This document shows positions 35,343 through 41,947 of a stretch of 41,947 bases of DNA, in pieces. A program made the position numbers and the translations under genes. Below the pieces are notes generated by a model. The model was not told the DNA's origin and did not search any database. It worked only from the letters and a program-made list of their open reading frames with translations. The stretch comes from Octopus sinensis (Eukaryota): the NCBI RefSeq assembly GCF_006345805.1, contig NW_021835181.1, positions 1 to 41,947 on the forward strand, in the 5' to 3' direction. Position 1 is the first letter of the stretch. Every line of letters begins with the position of its first letter.

Positions 35343-35582
35343 TACGTATGAGTCTACGTGTGTGTGTGTGTGTTTGTGTGTGTGTGAGTATGTATGTACG
35401 TGTGTGAGTGCCTGAATGTGTGTATGTGGTATGGATACGAGTGAGCACAAATGTGTGTATGTTTAAATGTATATAGAAAAGCTTAGGTATACAATTATGT
35501 ATACAAAGTATCTCTCTCTCTCTCTCTCTCTCTTTATATATATAGAACAATCTTACTTAGAAATGGATGCGTGTGTTCCGTC

Positions 35583-35662
<80 letters not shown>

Positions 35663-36977
35663 CCGTGTGTCCCTCACTCCCTTTCTCTGTCTGCTCGTCT
35701 CTCTCTGACTCTACACACACACACACCATACTTTCATACCTGTCTAAATGCACATATCCACACGCATATATGTATACGTTCCCAGTTCAGCGCAAGAGCC
35801 TGTATTTGGTCATCTGACATGGCCAAAGATAGCAACCAAGTCTGCCATTTTTATAACATGCTATCTCAATCAAAATGTAAGCACACATTAAATGAGGCAG
35901 TTTGAGGTTTGCCGTATCTCAAAGAGAGACAAGAAAATCGTTAGTGGAGCCTATTTGATGGTGGGTCGACAGAATTTGGGTTGCTCTGGGGCAAAACAAC
36001 TTCTGACGAACTGATAACAACAGCACACGCTTGAATATACTGTATAAATAGATATACAAGCATTCATACATACATACACGTATACGTTTGGGTCTGTCTT
36101 TATATATAACAACATATATGAATATGTATATAGGTATGAATACATATGCTGTTTACGTGTAGCGGTACTTGTATGCAAATGCATACACACCGAATCCCTT
36201 CTTATCATCATCACCACGTACACTCAAATACACGCGCTGATAGCAGAAATACCCGCCAGAGCATGTATGATGGTATGCCTGCATGTAAATATGTGTGTGT
36301 GTAAATATATGTGTGTGTAAGTGTGTATATATATATGTATATATATATATATTATATATATATATATATATACATACATATATATATACATACATATATA
36401 CATATATTATACATACATATATACATATACATATATATATATATACATATACATATATATATACACATATATATATACATACATAATATATATATATATA
36501 CACACACACACATTTATACATGCGCATATATATATATATATTATATATATATATATATATATATGTGCGCATGTATAGGTGTGTTTGTATATATACATAC
36601 ATACGTACACATTTCTATATACACGCACATATATGGATGTTACGTGCCTATACACGCATATATATGGATGTGTGTGTGTGTGTATATTCATGTATCTATA
36701 AGTACATTATCCACACACGCACACATGTTTACACATACATGCACGTAACATACATGTGCGCATGCCTGCGTGTGTAATTTTCCACATTTAGTTATCCCCA
36801 CAATCACGCACCTTTGTAACAATACGTATATACATAAATGGTGCGTGATTGTGTGTGTATATATGTGTGTATACATATACACACACACCCTCTATACAAA
36901 CGTTGCGTACCCTAGCTCCATTGAACCCTTCTTGCCACCACCACCACCACCACCTCTCCCCCCTCCTCCCATCTCAC

Positions 36978-37009
36978 CTGCCACGGTTTTGCTGTGAAGC
37001 AAAAGAGAG
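36978..37009 (-). CDS. Candidate 32-nt exon (coding or UTR)
   Basis: Strong acceptor atttaattaccttacag| and strong donor CAG|gtgaga. A nested acceptor ttttgcttcacag| would give a 14-nt microexon. All three frames are open. Confidence 0.45.
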
Positions 37010-37709
37010 CTGTAAGGTAATTAAATCACATGAAAGGAACGGTCTTGGAAAAAAAAAACGAAGTGGGGGGTGCGAGGGGGGTGAGGGGGAGGCGGAAGGA
37101 ACGTGGGGGGGGGCGATTGGTGGTGGTGGTAGTGGTGGAGGGTTCGGTTGTAATGGAGGTGTAGAATGGGCGGCGTGTGGTGGGATGGGGGTGGAGGGTC
37201 AGGTTGAAGGAGTGGGGGTCCCCTACCCACCACCACCACCACCACCACCACCACCGCCACCACAGGAAACCACGTGATGATAGGATGATGAAGTCTTGCG
37301 TTATCGCAGTCCCTCATCTTAACTTTTTGACTAATTATGAGTTTGGTAGTCGTAGTATTGGCGGCGATGATGGTGGTGGTGGTAGTGATGGTGTTATTCT
37401 TTGTCGTATGAGTAGTTGTGGTGGTAGCACTAGTGTCATTGTTTGTAGTAGTAGTAGTAGTAGTAGCGCTGGTACTGTTGTTTATAGAAGTTGTAATAGT
37501 AGTAGTAGACGGAGTAATAGTGTTATTTGTTATTATTTGTAATAGTATTAGTAGTTATAGTAGTAGTGGTGTAGCTACTTTTCTAGTATTTGTAGTGGTA
37601 GTGGTAGTAATAGTAGTGGTACAAGTAGTAATATTGGTGGTGTCGGTTTTGGTTGTCTTGCTGGCAGTGGTGGTGGTAGTGCTGTGTTGGTAGTAGAGGT
37701 AGTAGTTGT

Positions 37710-38420
37710 GGTGTTGTCAGCTGTATTCCTTCAAAGTAGAACCCACGGACTTTAATACATGCGTTGTAGCGCTCCAGATACTTCGTGATGGCCCCGTGGA
37801 AGCCCCCCAAAGTAAAGGTGCCCAGGACCCTTGCCACAGCCTCATTCATCTCTTTCAGCTTGAAGAAGAACTACAGAGTCACAGGGTGCAAGGTTTGGAC
37901 TATGCGGTGGGTGTGCCTGTCTCTGTCAAGTAGTTGATAATGTCCTGCGGCAGGTGTTCTGACCTTTTGCGACGAAATCTCTCCCTAAACTACATCAAAA
38001 TCTCCACAAACTACTCTTTGTTGACTGTCTGACCAGAGGAAAGCCAGTGAGTGTAGACGATTCCCTTGCTGTCGAAAGAGGGGATCGTCATGAACTTCCT
38101 AGTGGACTTGCTTTGCCTGGCCCCTTGCGCTAGCGAAAAACAGATGCTTAGCTCATATAAATTAATAGAATCTAGACCATTTCATCAGATTCTGTAGCAT
38201 TTTTGCTCAGTTTAACACCAAGCTTTATTGCATATCGAGCTTCCAATTTGTCTTCACATCCCGGCTGCAGTCTGGAAATTAGTCAGCTGCGACAAGTAGT
38301 AGGGTGTGTTCAAAGTGTTGTTACAGTTGTTTCCGTTAATCAGAAATAACTAAATTGGGAAGATATATATAGTAATGATAAACTGAAATTATAATAATGT
38401 AAGACAGTTATAACTGCGTC
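37710..38420 (-). mobile_element. Decayed, internally deleted mariner transposon
   Basis: EDKLEARYAIKLGVKLSKNATE (N-terminus), KFMTIPSFDSKGIVYTHW..GQTVNKE, and ...YLERYNACIKVRGFYFEG (C-terminus). Confidence 0.85.
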
Positions 38421-39211
38421 TTTCTACTCCATACCACCTGACAACCAATGCTGGTTTGTTCACGTCCCCGTAACATAGCTGTTCAGTAAAAGTGACAGAG
38501 ATTAATTAAAATACTCGGAGGGTCGATCTGTTCATTATAACCCTTCAAGGCGATGTTCCAGTATAGACGCAGTCCAATGATTAAAACAATTAAACTATAT
38601 AGAATAAAAGCTATACCACCTACGCTTATAATAGTGGTGTTGTGGTACGTAGTCATCCACGTCAAGCAAGTGACCGAAACTAAATTACTCTGACCCCATA
38701 TTAGGCGTGTGTACAATAAAAATGGTAGCATGTAGGCGTAGACTCGTAGCAAGTGTTAGCTGGAAAAGTGGTGGTTAAAGATGGGCGAATTAAAAAAAGT
38801 TTGAGAAGCACTGGTGCAGAGACAGCAGAGTAATGTATATTTATGTGGCAACAAGTGTAGGTGACCGGGCTCTGTAACCTGTCATAAGTCAAGCTATAAA
38901 AAAGACTGGTAATTAATCTTAATGCTTTTGTGTTTTTTTTTTTATAAAATTCACGTCTAAAACATCTGTTTTGTGTTATTGCAGAATAAGAAAAATATGA
39001 ATAAGTAGTAAATCAATCAACGGAACTGAATAACTGTAAACACACAAACACATAAATATATTGAAAACGTCTGGGATATTTGAATAATTCAACAGGTCAA
39101 TTATTTATGTGTATGTAAGCACACACACACATACACACATATACATGCACACACACACACATACATGCACACACATACATACATGCACACACACACACAC
39201 ACATACACATG

Positions 39212-39243
<32 letters not shown>

Positions 39244-39355
39244 AACACGCAGAGATACATGCTTACATTGTATATAAACATATGTAAATACACATATATA
39301 TCTACACGCACATATATACATATACACTCACATACATGTATATACATACATACAT

Positions 39356-39400
<45 letters not shown>

Positions 39401-40235
39401 TCCCAGCCTCATAGAATGGACATAAAAACGACAAAATAACAAACTCATAATAGTCAACAACCGAACAATCATTAAGATATGAATTTACGCAGAAGGTGTG
39501 GTGTGGTGTGTGTGTGTGTGTGTGTGTGTGTGTATCGGTGTTTCTGTACTTGTGATATAAATTTCTTGCTTGAGTGCATAAGAAAAACAGAAAAGAAACA
39601 ATAAAAAAAAAGAAAGAAAGCGTTTGCGCTAAATAGAGATCGGTGGAGCGGTAGAATCGCCATTTGCTGTGTGGGTATGGGTCAACAAGCCATAAGCACA
39701 TCAAAACAAACATTTGCATATTGGAGAATAAATATGGCGGCCGACTGCGGTCTGACGAACAAGCCTCTGCGGAGTGTATATATTTACCATATTTCTTCTC
39801 TTTCATGTTGTTCATCACTAACAACCGCAAAATGTGCTTACACATACATACACGTGTGTGTGTGTGTGTTGTGTGTGTGTGTGTGTGTTTGTATGAGTAT
39901 GTGTAAATATTTCGTGCATATATAATACGGGGCAAAGGAGCAAGTCCATAATTCTCGTATGTAAATATATATATATATTATATTCATGTAATGTGTTTGT
40001 GAGTATAGATATACACACATATATTAAACGTATATATAAAGCTTATATCTTACATACACACACACAAGTGTATACAAAACGAGACTATATGAAAGTACTT
40101 GTATGTGTGTATGTATGTGTGTATATATATATACACACACACAAATACGCACATGTAGACATACAATTATTTATAACCATGTATCTATCTATCTATCTAT
40201 CTATCTATTTCTCTGTCTGCCCACCTATCTACCCG

Positions 40236-40275
<40 letters not shown>

Positions 40276-40934
40276 CTTGGCTGCCTGCCTGCCTGTCTGT
40301 CTGTCTATAAATACAGACATATCCACGTAGGTACAATGCATTCGACAGGTTTCTTCTAAACTTATCTTGTAGACGCAATTTCGGATCGGCTCCTTGATAA
40401 GTTAAATTAACCCGACACATCGAGATTGTGGGCTAGATTTCGGTCATGCTGCCTCATTAAAAACTCCAGTTTTCTGTTACTAGAGAACATTTCTGCGACC
40501 ATTTATTCAAAAGTAGTTTGCTGTCCAACGCGCGACATTTTCAAAATCCTTTAACTCCCACCATCGCCAACTTAGTTAATCTGTCCATGAATTTGTTTCG
40601 TTTTTATGAAAAAACTTTTAAATTTTCTATTGCAAACGCAGGCATGACTGGGTTGTTACGAAATTCGCTTTGTAAACTCTTGGTTTCGGGTTCAGTCCCA
40701 CTGCGTTGCACCTTGGCGACACAACAAGTCTCTTCTCTTATAATTCTGAGACGATCAATGCCTAGTTAGTGAATCAGGTAGACGGAGACTGTGAGGATCT
40801 CGTCGAATTTTGTCCGCTACGTTCTTTGTGTGTGCTTTTATGCACCAAACGCCTATGTGAGAGGATCTCTTGAGGCTAAAAACACAATATTCGATGCTTA
40901 AACAAGGCATCCAAGTTAAGTTGGATATAAAGAT

Positions 40935-41320
40935 TATTGTGGCTGTGTGGTTTGCATCCCAAGTACATGGTTCCAGGTTCATTCCTACTGAGTAGCACCT
41001 TGGGCAAGTGTCTTCTAATATAACCTCGGACCGACCAGAGCCATGTTACTGGGTTTGATCAACGGAAACTGAAAGAAACCTGTCGTATATATATCTATAT
41101 CTATGTGTGTGTGTGTGTGTGTGTGGTGTGTGTGCTTGTTCCCCACCGCCGCTCGACAACCGGTGTTGGTGAGTTTACGTACCCGTAACTTAGCTACCAA
41201 AAGAGTAAGTACCGGGCTTAAAAAGAAAATAAGTACTGGGGTCGATTAGTTCGACTAAAATTCCTCAAGGCAGTACTCCAGTATGGCCACAGTCTAATGG
41301 CTGAAACAAGACAAAAGATA
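40935..41320 (+). mobile_element. SINE family A, near full length (another fragment at about 40640-40790)
   Basis: gtggctgtgtggtt...ggttccaggttcattcc...ccttgggcaagtgtcttct...ccagtatggccacagtctaatggctgaaac. Confidence 0.85.
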
Positions 41321-41399
41321 TATATATATATATATATATTTCTTTACTACCCACAAGGGCCTAAACATAGAGGGGACAAACAAGGATAGACAAAGGGAT

Positions 41400-41500
41400 C
41401 AAGTAATTTACATCGACCCCAGTGCGCAACTGGTACTTATATAATCGACCCCGAAAGGATAAAAAGCAAAGTCGACCTCGGCGGAATTTGAACTAATACC
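41400..41500 (-). mobile_element. SINE family B fragment
   Basis: catcgaccccagtgcgcaactggtactta...aaagtcgacctcggcggaatttgaact. Confidence 0.8.
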
Positions 41501-41517
41501 GCTAAGCCTATTCGACG

Positions 41518-41555
<38 letters not shown>

Positions 41556-41557
41556 AC

Positions 41558-41947
41558 AAGGTGCGGTCAATAAACTGTCGTCTAAATTACGCAAAAATGA
41601 AAATATCATTGACATTTCATTTTAGCAGATATATTTACCAAAATTATATAGAAATATCTTGAAATACTAATGAGTAAATCTATTGAATAAAATCGCCATT
41701 GGCTTCAACCATGGCCGCCAGGCGACTTCGAAATCTCCTGCAACTCTTCTGGATGATCTCGTTTAAGTTGGTGAATGCTGCCATAATCCTTGCCTTCAGT
41801 TTATCTTTGGTGTTACAAGTTTTGCTGCTCTCTTGCTCAACTGCGCCCCACACATAATTAGGTGGTCAGATGTTAGGGGTTATGTAGTCGTAGAAATTGA
41901 CTGACAACCATGACTGGGTTCTGCTTGCGTGGCATGGTGCAGAATCC
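41558..41947 (-). mobile_element. Tc1/mariner-superfamily (maT/DD37D-like) transposase 3' remnant, cut by the window edge
   Basis: DSAPCHASRTQSWLSVNFYDYITPNI*PPNYVWGAVEQESSKTCNTKDKLKARIMAAF...RRFRSRLAAMVEANGDFI. Confidence 0.85.

Overview
Repeat-dense, AT-rich eukaryotic genomic DNA. The SINE, microsatellite and transposon complement looks cephalopod (Octopus-like); this is an inference from repeat motifs, not a database match. Most ORFs in the supplied track are translations of (TA)n/(CA)n/(TAC)n microsatellites or repeats and are not genes. Supported content: (1) many copies of two tRNA-like SINE families; (2) decayed retroelement coding remnants: an R4/Dong-like RLE LINE in an (ATT)n tract, two more RLE fragments, and a Penelope-like RT-thumb/GIY-YIG ORF; (3) Tc1/mariner transposase remnants, MITEs and Helitron/HINE-like elements; (4) short Penelope-type terminal repeats beside (TA)n that carry hammerhead-ribozyme-like cores, including one nearly complete type I hammerhead at 15874-15966; (5) small minus-strand exon candidates, mostly with good splice signals, that I joined by eye in phase into one stop-free frame of an unrecognised gene (about 37.0 kb to 6.9 kb). 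That model includes a duplicated exon segment, two possibly mutually exclusive exons and a possible recursive (AG|GT) splice site. No gene symbol can be assigned. Boundaries of degenerate repeats are approximate.
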